This document shows positions 1-8,928 of a DNA stretch of 64,000 nucleotides, piece after piece. The position numbers and the translations under genes were made by a program. Position 1 is the first letter of the stretch, and each line of letters starts with the position of its first letter. This stretch comes from Candidatus Anderseniibacteriota bacterium (GTDB lineage Bacteria > Patescibacteriota > Andersenbacteria > UBA10190): positions 346,544-410,543 of the forward strand of contig JACPWO010000001.1 of the NCBI GenBank assembly GCA_016197005.1. Direction: 5' to 3'. The notes below the pieces were generated by a model. The model was given only the letters and a program-made list of their open reading frames with translations. It did no database searches and had not been told where the DNA came from.

Positions 1-495
1 GGAGGGCTCGCTAAAGGGCATGTCTTCGTGCTTGGTGTTAGCTCCATGATCAAGGTGCAGATGGTCAAGTCCATGTTCGCTCAATTCTTCTTCGTATTGT
101 TGAATAAAAGGGTGCTCCTTTTCCGCACGTTCCCGCCAGCCCATCTTTTCAATACGAGGAAGGCCATATTCGGCAATGACATCACGCCGCGCTAAACGAT
201 CTATTAGTTCCTGCCAAAAGGTCTCGTCATCGTACTCCTCGATAAAGCGCTGAATGTCAGTTTCTTCTTCAAAGGCACGATTGGTAAATATTTCGCCGTC
301 AGCCTCATCAGGATCAAGGTACTTGGTTAACCCAGCGTCTTTGGCGTTCCGTAGAATAAGCTGCTCAATTTCCTCATACTGTTTTAGCGGATTGTCACGA
401 TGGCTGTTAATGAGCCAATTGCCGCAGTAGGCCAGCTTCATGAGGCGCTCATACTGCTCGGGAGAGAATTCAACGGTAATGGTGGATTTGGGCAT
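1..495 (-). CDS. Hypothetical protein, C-terminally truncated by the window edge (165 codons from ATG at 495 run off position 1 without a stop)
   Basis: Manual reverse-complement translation gives MPKSTITVEFSPEQYERLMKLAYCGNWLINSH... with no stop codon. The six-frame track omits it because it is open-ended. No recognisable family. Confidence 0.4.
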   Translation of the reverse strand, partial: MPKSTITVEFSPEQYERLMKLAYCGNWLINSHRDNPLKQYEEIEQLILRNAKDAGLTKYLDPDEADGEIFTNRAFEEETDIQRFIEEYDDETFWQELIDRLARRDVIAEYGLPRIEKMGWRERAEKEHPFIQQYEEELSEHGLDHLHLDHGANTKHEDMPFSEPS

Positions 496-499
496 AAAG

Positions 500-922
500 C
501 TACTGTAAGTTAGTTTCTTTAAAACCCCTCCGAACTACCTTGCGCATGACATCGGTGATAGGTTCAAGGCGATTTAGTTCCTCCGCTGTAACCCACATGA
601 ATTTTTGATGTTCAGGACTAAGTACTACATTCGGCTCTTCTATGAGTTTGCACAGATATGCAATCTCACACATCAAATGGCCATCTGCATGGGTATATTC
701 AAATTGGTGATATGAGTGTAAAGGCTTCACCGTTATTCCTGCTTCTTCTTTGACTTCTCGTATAACTGCTTCCTCATGACTTTCATTCGGTTCGACTTTA
801 CCACCAACTTGTTCCCAGTAATTCGGCAGGAATTCCTCACCTGCGACACGCTGCACTAAAAGGGCTTTTCCTTGCCATGGGATAAAGGCAGTGACGAAGA
901 TATTATCGTACTGCGCTTTCAT
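500..922 (-). CDS. NUDIX hydrolase
   Basis: Nudix box GGKVEPNESHEEAVIREVKEEAGI (GX5EX7REUXEEXGU). Size is about 140 aa. Confidence 0.8.
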   Translation of the reverse strand: MKAQYDNIFVTAFIPWQGKALLVQRVAGEEFLPNYWEQVGGKVEPNESHEEAVIREVKEEAGITVKPLHSYHQFEYTHADGHLMCEIAYLCKLIEEPNVVLSPEHQKFMWVTAEELNRLEPITDVMRKVVRRGFKETNLQ

Positions 923-940
923 AAAAGGGTAGAAAACTAC

Positions 941-1231
941 TCATTGCTTAACTATTTTCTTTGAGACAGCACCTGTAAACAACCTGTAGGCAGGTCTGTT
1001 TTCTTTTTTGTAGATCTTCTTAATTCCCAGAACCTCACTGCACTTTGGACACGACAACTTAGTTGCTGTTGTTGAATAATTCAAAATCCTATCGAGGTAG
1101 AGTCTCTTGAGAATGCCTGGGCCGTCTTTTTGATATCTAAATAGTTCTTTTCCGCAATGTGAGCACGATAACTGTAATATTCTTGAGTACCCTCCTCGCG
1201 CTTTGCGGTATTTATCGTTTTTCATAATCAA
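941..1231 (-). CDS. Small zinc-ribbon protein (CxxC...CxxC)
   Basis: Two Cys pairs, CSHCGK and CPKCSE, in a basic 96-aa protein. It sits between two NUDIX genes in the same operon. Confidence 0.45.
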   Translation of the reverse strand: MIMKNDKYRKARGGYSRILQLSCSHCGKELFRYQKDGPGILKRLYLDRILNYSTTATKLSCPKCSEVLGIKKIYKKENRPAYRLFTGAVSKKIVKQ

Positions 1232-1243
1232 CTCTGTACTATG

Positions 1244-1666
1244 TTACTCTTTCCATCTTCTGACAAATTCAAATCCGGCTAGGAGTGCTTGCCGTTCAGA
1301 ATCAGGCATAGGATTAACGGCCTTACCCCCTTCTTCTGTAACCCACTGGTATGCCTGATGTTCTGGGCTAAGGGAAATAGTTGGCTCACCGATTAATTCA
1401 CAAATAACTGCTATTTCTACTTCATGTTGTTCATCATTTCGAATAATGTCACATAGCCAATATGGTTGAACTGGTTTAATCTCTAAACCAGTTTCTTCCT
1501 TCACTTCACGAATTAAGCCGTCGAACGGCTTTTCACCCCACTCAATCTTGCCACCTACTTGTTCCCAATTATTGGGGCGGAAATTATCTTTGGCTGATCG
1601 TTGAACGATAAGAGCTTTATCGTCATGTACAATAAAGGCCGAGACCGCAATATTTTGGTACTTCAT
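1244..1666 (-). CDS. NUDIX hydrolase (second paralog)
   Basis: Nudix box GGKIEWGEKPFDGLIREVKEETGLEI. Paralogous to 500..922. Confidence 0.8.
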   Translation of the reverse strand: MKYQNIAVSAFIVHDDKALIVQRSAKDNFRPNNWEQVGGKIEWGEKPFDGLIREVKEETGLEIKPVQPYWLCDIIRNDEQHEVEIAVICELIGEPTISLSPEHQAYQWVTEEGGKAVNPMPDSERQALLAGFEFVRRWKE

Positions 1667-1668
1667 AA

Positions 1669-2436
1669 TTAATACTCTCGCTTCATTCCATCAAAGGCGA
1701 TTGTGTACTGTGGGAATTTCTGCTCTAAGTCAGCATGCGTCAGATCTTGATACGATCCAATATTTGTCAGAATAATCTCCTTCGCACTAAGCTTTCTTAA
1801 GAATGGAATAATCTGTTCCTTCTGAAGGTGGGTTGGATCATCACTAATATCTGATTCTAAATACGTAGCGTCCGTGATAATAGCGTCACTGTCTTTAACG
1901 AGTTCGGCTGTTTTTATGGGAATGCCGCGCAAGTCTGAAAGGTAAGCAATCTTTTTGTTGGTTGTCATGTCTTCAAAAAAGAATCCGTCCGTATCCTCAA
2001 CATGATTAATAGTGATAGGGGTGATACGGACATTATCTATCTCAAATGGTTTGTACGACTCAAATACCTGGAAATCTACGTTAATATGGCTCATACGGGA
2101 GTCGTACCACTCTTTTGTTATGCTGTTGCCATAGACGGTGAGTTTGTTTTTCTCGGTATACCAATCTAACTCCATTAACCCGAAAAGGTGATCATAGTGC
2201 CAGTGGGAAATGAGGAAAGCATCAGGTTTGCCGAGCTTGAATTTCCATGATTGGAGCCGAATATCTGGAGTAGCTTCGACAATAATATTTTTGCCATGTT
2301 CAGTTTGGATATGGGCTGAGGTTCTAAAACGAAAATCTTTGGAATCCCACTCTACCTTCTGGCTAATTTCGTCGTCGCCAAAAGGCGCTGGAATTCCTTG
2401 CCAACAACCGCTGCCGAGAAAAGTTAATTTAATCAT
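1669..2436 (-). CDS. MBL-fold metallo-hydrolase
   Basis: HxHxDH motif SHWHYDHLFG. There are 2 nt between its start and the stop of the upstream NUDIX gene. Confidence 0.7.
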   Translation of the reverse strand: MIKLTFLGSGCWQGIPAPFGDDEISQKVEWDSKDFRFRTSAHIQTEHGKNIIVEATPDIRLQSWKFKLGKPDAFLISHWHYDHLFGLMELDWYTEKNKLTVYGNSITKEWYDSRMSHINVDFQVFESYKPFEIDNVRITPITINHVEDTDGFFFEDMTTNKKIAYLSDLRGIPIKTAELVKDSDAIITDATYLESDISDDPTHLQKEQIIPFLRKLSAKEIILTNIGSYQDLTHADLEQKFPQYTIAFDGMKREY

Positions 2437-2517
2437 GTGAACTATATTTATACGAAAAATAGTCTTAACTATGTATTCAGATTAGACTAAATTTAGCGAG
2501 TATGACACGCCTATTTT

Positions 2518-3330
2518 ATGATCATTGACGCTCACACCCATATCGGCGCCATGGGTAAAGATGACCGCAATGTGACGGTGGCCGATTTACTGCAATCAAT
2601 GGATGAGGCAGGAATTGACATGTCGTTGATTCTCGCGAATGACATTGCCGTGTCGGATGATTGGCGTGGTATGTCAGCTGATGACATTCTGACTCAATGT
2701 GCAGGGAACGATCGAATAAAAGTGATTGGTAATATTACTATTAGTCGAGATATCAATGATCAGCTTCTACGACTCAGAGAACATGTGGAAGCTGGGGTTG
2801 TTGTTGGTATTAAACTGTACCCTGGCTATGAAAACTTTTATCCGTCAGACGAGCGACTGAAGCCAGTGTATGAGTTTTGCCAAAAATTTAATATTCCGGT
2901 CGTGCTGCACACAGGGTTTCTTCTGCAAGGATCTCCCGGTATTCAGGAGCAAGCCCATCCTAACAGTATTGATAAGATCGTTAATCTTTTCCCCGAGCTT
3001 ATTTTCATAATGGCTCATTTTGGCAATCCATGGACAGCTGAAGCAGCCAGGGTTATAGCCCAGCATCAAAACATTTACGCTGATCTTTCTGGTTTTTTTA
3101 CGGAATACGATGAACATATCTCTCTAGAAGAAAAGGCTGATTTTTACCAGAAAATGAAAGAATTTATTAGTATTACTGGCAATCTAAAGAAATGCCTCTT
3201 TGGTACTGATTGGCCACTCTACAGTCAGAAAGAATATCTGGCAGCAGTACAAGAACTGCCTATGAAAGATGAGGAGCGTGATCTCTTTTTTTGGAAAAAT
3301 TCGAGCAGGATATTTGGTCTGGCAGCATAA
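2518..3330 (+). CDS. Amidohydrolase-family metal-dependent hydrolase (TIM barrel)
   Basis: N-terminal IIDAHTHIG metal-binding motif typical of amidohydrolase_2 / TatD-like folds. Internal His/Asp residues are at expected positions. Confidence 0.6.
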   Translation: MIIDAHTHIGAMGKDDRNVTVADLLQSMDEAGIDMSLILANDIAVSDDWRGMSADDILTQCAGNDRIKVIGNITISRDINDQLLRLREHVEAGVVVGIKLYPGYENFYPSDERLKPVYEFCQKFNIPVVLHTGFLLQGSPGIQEQAHPNSIDKIVNLFPELIFIMAHFGNPWTAEAARVIAQHQNIYADLSGFFTEYDEHISLEEKADFYQKMKEFISITGNLKKCLFGTDWPLYSQKEYLAAVQELPMKDEERDLFFWKNSSRIFGLAA

Positions 3331-3352
3331 TTTTCTAATTCAATCTTATGAC

Positions 3353-4294
3353 TTATCTGCTAAGCGGTGTCACCGTATACTTCTTTAAAATCTGACAAGG
3401 ATAATAGCCTTTTTTAGCTTCCCTTAATCCAGGCAGTCCAGCATCCTGTTCGAGATTTAAGTATTGACACCCGCGCGTTGCCAGCGCTCGGGCCGTCTCC
3501 TGCCTCAAATAAGGATAGACTCCTGTAAATGAAATTGCATCGGCTTTTTCAAAATGCAAAAGAGCATAAGACTTTCCAACTACTTCGCTGATAGAAAATC
3601 CAATTAGCTGTTTATTAACGAATATCCCAATAGTAATAAGTTGAAATGACTTAGCATGTTTCAGAAGGCGATGAAATGGAAGAAACTCATCCGTCTCCTG
3701 CGTGTTAAACCCTTTTTGTTTTGCCCAGAATGAAAATAGTTCTTGAATCATCGTCTGAACATCAGGATCATTTAAATCACACTCATTCGTCGTTGACCGA
3801 TATAGCTTGCGGAAACGGTTTACGAAATTTCGCTTTCCGCGTAGGGCATGACTTCTGTATGTCATGAGTTCAGGGATAGACAGAATATAATCAAAATTGT
3901 TTGGGTCCTCCTTAATGGTAAACTGATCCGCTCTGATTCCATTGATGCATTCCTCAGGCACAAGACGTAATTTCTTCTTCAAACCTTTGTTGTCAACAAA
4001 AGCAAATAGCTGGTTCAGAGCTTCTTGGGATAGATGACGGCTTAAGAATGAATAAAATGGCTTTCCGGTAAAGTAGTCAGTAAATCGTACTATGAGGTTT
4101 TCTTCAAGCTGGGATAACTGTATTTCATCCTTTACGTTCCAAATCCATAAACTAGTAAAGTTGTAGTCTGAATAAGGCAAAAAAGATTGCGTAAAGGATT
4201 CAATCGCAAGGTGGTCAGCGAGCTGTAATTTCTTGAAATTAGGGAATTGAGGAATCACGTTCGTCATACTATTGCAGTAATCCTTGTTTTTCAA
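3353..4294 (-). CDS. Conserved hypothetical, DUF2156-like (MprF C-domain / VlmA-like aminoacyl-tRNA-dependent transferase fold); paralog of 16605..17534
   Basis: N-terminal pattern FPNFKKLQLADHLAIESF...YSDYNFTSLWIWN resembles the start of DUF2156 / LPG_synthase_C proteins of about 300 aa. There is a clear paralog elsewhere in the window. Family assignment is from memory, not a search. Confidence 0.45.
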   Translation of the reverse strand: MKNKDYCNSMTNVIPQFPNFKKLQLADHLAIESFTQSFLPYSDYNFTSLWIWNVKDEIQLSQLEENLIVRFTDYFTGKPFYSFLSRHLSQEALNQLFAFVDNKGLKKKLRLVPEECINGIRADQFTIKEDPNNFDYILSIPELMTYRSHALRGKRNFVNRFRKLYRSTTNECDLNDPDVQTMIQELFSFWAKQKGFNTQETDEFLPFHRLLKHAKSFQLITIGIFVNKQLIGFSISEVVGKSYALLHFEKADAISFTGVYPYLRQETARALATRGCQYLNLEQDAGLPGLREAKKGYYPCQILKKYTVTPLSR

Positions 4295-4349
4295 ATTATT
4301 ATCTTTCTGCTAGCTTAATTAGTTACGGCCAATAAGATATTTTCTCAAA

Positions 4350-5426
4350 ATGAACCATACCCCTACAACTGTGAATTCTTACAATGAATGGGATCCTCTG
4401 GAGGAGGTCATTGTTGGCGTTGTTGAGGGCTCAACCATTCCCCAGTGGCATGTGACGCTTGAGGCAACAATGCCAAAAAAATATTGGAGCCTATTTCGTC
4501 AAAAAGGCGGAAAATTGTTTCCAGAGGGTCAAATAACTGCGGCAAAAAAAGAACTTGATGAATTTTGTCGTTTATTGGAATCAGAAGGAGTTACTGTCCG
4601 TCGTCCTGATACAATTCCTTTCAATAAACCTTACTCCTCTCCAGAATGGACTTCTCACGGCGGATTATATGCTGCAATGCCGAGAGACATATTACTAGTC
4701 ATAGGAAACGAAATAATTGAATCGCCTATGGCTTGGCGATCCAGATATTTTGAGATTGAAGCCTATCGTTCACTTTTGAAGGATTACTTTGCAAAAGGAG
4801 CAAAGTGGAGTTCAGCACCCAAACCATTGCTGGGTGGTAAACTTTATAATGATGCCTATGGTAAAAACCAAACTCAGGACAAATTAGAATACGCAATCAC
4901 TGAACATGAACCTGTCTTTGATGCCGCAGATTTCATACGCTGCGGCAGAGATATTTTCGTACAGCAAAGCAACGTCACTAACCAATTAGGAATTGAGTGG
5001 TTGCAAAGACACTTGGGTAGTACTTACAGGATTCATACGCTTAAGTTTGAAGATAAACACCCAATGCATATCGATGCAACTTTTATGCCGCTAGCCCCAG
5101 GAAAGCTCCTCATTAATCCTGAGAGAGTCGGGCAGATTCCTTCAATGTTTAAGGGCTGGGATATTTTGACTGCACCGCGACCATCTATTCCAGGTGAACA
5201 CCCTCTTTATTTTACGAGCAAATGGGTAAGCATCAATGTCCTGATGCTCGATGAAGAAAGAGTGATTGTGGAGAAAAATGAATTACCGTTAATACATTCC
5301 TTCAAAAGCTGGGGTTTTAAAGTAATCCCTTGTAGTTTCCGTAATTTCAATACTTTTGGTGGTTCATTTCATTGCGCCACAGTGGACATTCGGAGAAGAG
5401 GTACGCTCCAATCATATTTTGACTAA
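4350..5426 (+). CDS. Amidinotransferase (AGAT / StrB1 family)
   Basis: N-terminal NEWDPLEEVIVG, catalytic-His region PMHIDATFMPL and C-terminal catalytic Cys in GGSFHCATVD. Length 358 aa is typical for the family. Confidence 0.75.
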   Translation: MNHTPTTVNSYNEWDPLEEVIVGVVEGSTIPQWHVTLEATMPKKYWSLFRQKGGKLFPEGQITAAKKELDEFCRLLESEGVTVRRPDTIPFNKPYSSPEWTSHGGLYAAMPRDILLVIGNEIIESPMAWRSRYFEIEAYRSLLKDYFAKGAKWSSAPKPLLGGKLYNDAYGKNQTQDKLEYAITEHEPVFDAADFIRCGRDIFVQQSNVTNQLGIEWLQRHLGSTYRIHTLKFEDKHPMHIDATFMPLAPGKLLINPERVGQIPSMFKGWDILTAPRPSIPGEHPLYFTSKWVSINVLMLDEERVIVEKNELPLIHSFKSWGFKVIPCSFRNFNTFGGSFHCATVDIRRRGTLQSYFD

Positions 5427-5451
5427 ATTGAAGCGTCGTCAGTTTACTGAA

Positions 5452-6657
5452 TCAAATTTTTTCAATTGCTTTCTCGAGCAAATCAATATCTCTTGTAACG
5501 CAGACCCGAGTCCATGATCCTTCATCCATAGGATTAAGCATAAATGCCTCACCGGGATAGGTGGCCAAGCCTTTACTCATAAATTCTCTTACAAAATCTG
5601 GTGCGGGAAGATCTTTATAGTAGCGAAAGAAAATACTATTTCCCCCATCGGGAGGGATTACGTCTTTTACTTTCGGATGGTTTTTTAGCTTGGCAACTAT
5701 ACGTTTGTTGTACTGTTCTTGAAGATTCATATTATTTGAAATTGTATCTGTATAATTTGTAATTTCTGGCTCTGAAAAATATTTAAGATCAGGATGTTTG
5801 ACTCCTGAAAGTTCTTTATAACGTAGTGCAATATCAAGAAGAAGGAGATAATCTGAAATAATCCCGTTCGAAATATTTCTGACCATTTGAATTTTTTCAA
5901 TACCGGGCAGTAGTCTCTTATCACCCACACAGTAACCACAACGAATTCCAGTCATTCCCGGCCGATCTTTAGACGGACCAAAAAACTTAACATAATTTTT
6001 ATAGCCACCATTGACCCCAGCAATATGGACGGGCTGTTGATCTCTATATAGAGAGTCAATGTAGATCTCATCAGACAATATAAAGAAATCGTACCGACGC
6101 GATAACTTAACTAAAGCATTAACCCATTCTCGAGAGAACGATTTACCAGTTGGATTATTTGGGTTAGAAAAAAGAACAGCTGCCGTCCTTGTGCTCACAG
6201 TATTCTCTAATTGATCAACTGTTGGTAGAAAATCATTCTCACGCAAGGAACGGATTACAATAGGCATTCCTTTCGCACTCTCAACCACCGAATGAAATAT
6301 TGGATAATCCGGAGAAAATAGTACTACCTCTCGTCTCTTATCATCCAAATCAAACACTGCTTGAAGAACAGGATATATAAGGTTGCTGACTCCGCTTCCA
6401 ATAAAAGAAAATGGCTTATCATTTGTCTTGCGTTGAGCTAGATACCCTTCATACTCAATCACTAGTTTTCTCAGACGTTTAATACCACCAAAGTCAGAAT
6501 AGGTTAGTCTATGGTACTCAAATACCAAGTCAATGGCGCGTTTAAATATTACGGGCATTTTAAATACACGAGTGTCATAGTCCATCCATTCCAGCCGATC
6601 TAGGCTTTCAAATTCAAGAAATTCCTTCTCGTAATCAAACATCCTCTTATAAATCAT
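5452..6657 (-). CDS. PLP-dependent aminotransferase, class I/II
   Basis: NPNNPTG motif and a lysine region SKDRPGMTGIRCGY. Length is about 400 aa. It is the last gene of the minus-strand operon. Confidence 0.7.
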   Translation of the reverse strand: MIYKRMFDYEKEFLEFESLDRLEWMDYDTRVFKMPVIFKRAIDLVFEYHRLTYSDFGGIKRLRKLVIEYEGYLAQRKTNDKPFSFIGSGVSNLIYPVLQAVFDLDDKRREVVLFSPDYPIFHSVVESAKGMPIVIRSLRENDFLPTVDQLENTVSTRTAAVLFSNPNNPTGKSFSREWVNALVKLSRRYDFFILSDEIYIDSLYRDQQPVHIAGVNGGYKNYVKFFGPSKDRPGMTGIRCGYCVGDKRLLPGIEKIQMVRNISNGIISDYLLLLDIALRYKELSGVKHPDLKYFSEPEITNYTDTISNNMNLQEQYNKRIVAKLKNHPKVKDVIPPDGGNSIFFRYYKDLPAPDFVREFMSKGLATYPGEAFMLNPMDEGSWTRVCVTRDIDLLEKAIEKI

Positions 6658-6672
6658 ATGCGAATAGCAAAG

Positions 6673-7077
6673 TTATGTACTCTTTTCATAAACAAAGCCG
6701 CGGCGAATTATTTTGACCTTAAATTTTTTAAGACCGTACGCTAAAAATTCTCTTTTAAGAGTATCAATCGCAACTTCTGTTTTCTCCCGCGCACTACAGG
6801 TAAAAAGATCAATAGCGATATATTTCTTCTCTGGCCATGTATGAAAGGCAAGGTGAGATTCAGAAAGTAGATAGAAACCTGTCAGTCCAAATTCCTTAAA
6901 TTCATGAAATTCCTTTTTGATTACATTCAATTCTGCATGGTTAACGACATTCTCGATTTTCTTCCCGAATGTTGTTGAATGATGCAATTCTTCTGGATAG
7001 TTCTTCAAAAGAATTTCAATCAGAGCGTGATATCCGCGATTTTGATTATTTTTTCTCTTGGTAAAAATGCCTAACAT
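6673..7077 (-). CDS. speH: S-adenosylmethionine decarboxylase proenzyme, pyruvoyl type (SpeH/class 1B)
   Basis: FGLTGFYLLSESHLAFHTWPE and AIDLFTC match the SpeH ESH-S-HTWPE processing motif. The start was moved to the internal Met (MLGIF...), because the track ORF 6673..7188 would overlap speE by about 100 nt. Confidence 0.8.
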   Translation of the reverse strand: MLGIFTKRKNNQNRGYHALIEILLKNYPEELHHSTTFGKKIENVVNHAELNVIKKEFHEFKEFGLTGFYLLSESHLAFHTWPEKKYIAIDLFTCSAREKTEVAIDTLKREFLAYGLKKFKVKIIRRGFVYEKST

Positions 7078-7084
7078 AGCTGCC

Positions 7085-7972
7085 TTACCCTGAATTACCA
7101 TTGAAAAAGTTTGGGACAGTAAAAATAGAACGTAGGTTCCGTGGAGTAATGTATTTGAGGCTAATTTTGGAATCCATGCGTTTTTCAAATTGATTTTCGG
7201 TCATATCCAAGGGGTTTAAAGCCTGATCGTTAGTGGCAAGTAAGAACCCCCAAGAACATTCAAAGAAAGGTACATAGACTCGATAGGAAAAGACGTTGGC
7301 GAAAATGTTGTGTAGGAGTTTACTCATAGCTAAATGCTTGTGATAGTGTATTTCGGTTAACTCGGAAGAATGCATAGCCAAGATACCATTCGTTTTTAAT
7401 CTTTTCTTAATTAATTCATAAAAATCAGCTTGCTCGCGAGCTTCGGCTGCGCCGAGATTAAAAAAGTTGACGTCAGTAATATCTGAAATTATTACATCGT
7501 ACTGATTAACTGTACTTTTAAGAAAATCGCCCGCGTTTCTAAATTGTAAATTCACTTTCTGATGGTCATACGAATTATGATGCATTTCCTTAAGGTGCTT
7601 TTGAAATAGCTGAACGGCCTGACGATCAACATCAATAGCGTCAATGTTTTTTATATGGTCATATTTTAGTAGCTCTCTCAAAGAAGCACCCTCGCCGGCA
7701 CCTAACACCAGTACACGAAAATTGTGATTGTGCTGGCTACAAACCATCGCGGGATGTACTAGGCATTCATGGTATATCCATTCATCTTTAGTCGCACTTT
7801 GCGGTATGCCGTCAATGAATAGACTCAATCCATAGTCATAGAGGTCATAAATTTCAACCTTTTGAAAAGGTGTTTGTTCTTGAACGATGACTTCTTTAAT
7901 CCGATGACGGATTATTTCGTTTTTACAGTAGGCATCTTCAGCCCATTCTTGTAGTAATAACATCGCTATCAA
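7085..7972 (-). CDS. speE: Polyamine aminopropyltransferase (spermidine synthase family)
   Basis: VLVLGAGEGASLRELLKY, IDAIDVDRQAV and YDVIISDITD (dcSAM and amine binding motifs). It sits directly upstream of speH. Confidence 0.75.
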   Translation of the reverse strand: MIAMLLLQEWAEDAYCKNEIIRHRIKEVIVQEQTPFQKVEIYDLYDYGLSLFIDGIPQSATKDEWIYHECLVHPAMVCSQHNHNFRVLVLGAGEGASLRELLKYDHIKNIDAIDVDRQAVQLFQKHLKEMHHNSYDHQKVNLQFRNAGDFLKSTVNQYDVIISDITDVNFFNLGAAEAREQADFYELIKKRLKTNGILAMHSSELTEIHYHKHLAMSKLLHNIFANVFSYRVYVPFFECSWGFLLATNDQALNPLDMTENQFEKRMDSKISLKYITPRNLRSIFTVPNFFNGNSG

Positions 7973-8916
7973 CTAGGATTAGACCCGGTAATAGGTCGCG
8001 TCTGGAATATGTAGAGGTGCTTACCAAAAAAGGACCATTCAATGTCCTGGGAAGCTTGCATGATCTTTTCAATTTTTGATGCCGTTTTAGCAACAGTCAT
8101 AATCGCTTCTCCCGTGAGCTTTTGATTCTTCTGTTCCTTTCTAATGATATTCTTTTGCAACTTTTCCCCTTTATAACTGTTCAGATTTTTGTTCTGAGAA
8201 CCTACTTCAATATCGAGAATTATTCCCTTTTTCTTATCGATCCAATATCTATCTGGTGTCACATCGCCATGAACCAAAAGTTCACCAAGCCCCCAAATGG
8301 CCTCGATAACGATGAGATTAGAATCGTCACTGCTGGGATCTTTCGTAAAACACACTCCGGATACGTCACTATTGATCATTTGTTGAACAAGCACTGCCAT
8401 GTCATTTGCAAAAGGCAGATTATGTTTATTCGCATACATCAATGCTCGGGATGTGTAGAGAGATGCCCAACATTTTTTAATATGCTGCATCAAACCACCT
8501 GCATTGACAAAGGTGTATGTATCGAATTCTCCGGCCCATGAGTGATTCTCTTGATCCTCACAAGACGCTGAGGATCGTACGGCTACATAGTCAGTATTGA
8601 GCTCTTGAAAGGCTGCACTAATTGCCGATTCAATGTGATGGGGAATTTTAAGTTCTTCCAAAACTTTTCGCAAACTTTGAGACACACTATCCACATTTTT
8701 CATTTTTGAGTCTCGAAGCTCAGTTAAAAGGCTATCTATTTTTTTGTCCAATCCATCTGACGTTCTAATATCACTCAAAACTGAAGCAAGGATAACAAAG
8801 CCCTTAGGAACATTTATATGATTTGTTACTAATGTGCCAAGAGGCAAGGCTTTACCACCCACCTCTTGTACATCGAATTTATGTACTTGAGCTAATGGTA
8901 TGGTTACTTTTGTCAT
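7969..8916 (-). CDS. PEP-utilising enzyme, ATP-binding N-domain only (PPDK_N / PEP synthase-like phosphotransferase)
   Basis: VQEVGGKALPLGTLV...VPKGFVI matches the PPDK_N consensus GGKxxNLxxL...VPxGFxI. There is no swivel His domain in this ORF. It overlaps the upstream gene by 4 nt. Confidence 0.7.
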   Translation of the reverse strand: MTKVTIPLAQVHKFDVQEVGGKALPLGTLVTNHINVPKGFVILASVLSDIRTSDGLDKKIDSLLTELRDSKMKNVDSVSQSLRKVLEELKIPHHIESAISAAFQELNTDYVAVRSSASCEDQENHSWAGEFDTYTFVNAGGLMQHIKKCWASLYTSRALMYANKHNLPFANDMAVLVQQMINSDVSGVCFTKDPSSDDSNLIVIEAIWGLGELLVHGDVTPDRYWIDKKKGIILDIEVGSQNKNLNSYKGEKLQKNIIRKEQKNQKLTGEAIMTVAKTASKIEKIMQASQDIEWSFFGKHLYIFQTRPITGSNPS

Positions 8917-8928
8917 ACAAAGTGCAGT

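Noticed and set aside
2210-2440. 76-aa plus-strand ORF overlapping the MBL hydrolase gene. Similar antisense ORFs occur at 2845..3117, 5727..5939, 8122..8541, 9310..9718, 9928..10161, 11998..12319, 13387..14143 and others.
   Set aside because: All lie wholly inside longer ORFs on the opposite strand that have clear family motifs. They have low-complexity or hydrophobic translations and no SD or start context. Typical shadow ORFs.
6673-7188. Full-length 171-aa version of the speH ORF
   Set aside because: The N-terminal 37 codons would overlap speE by about 100 nt and are not part of the AdoMetDC fold. The internal Met at about 7077 gives a canonical protein of about 135 aa.
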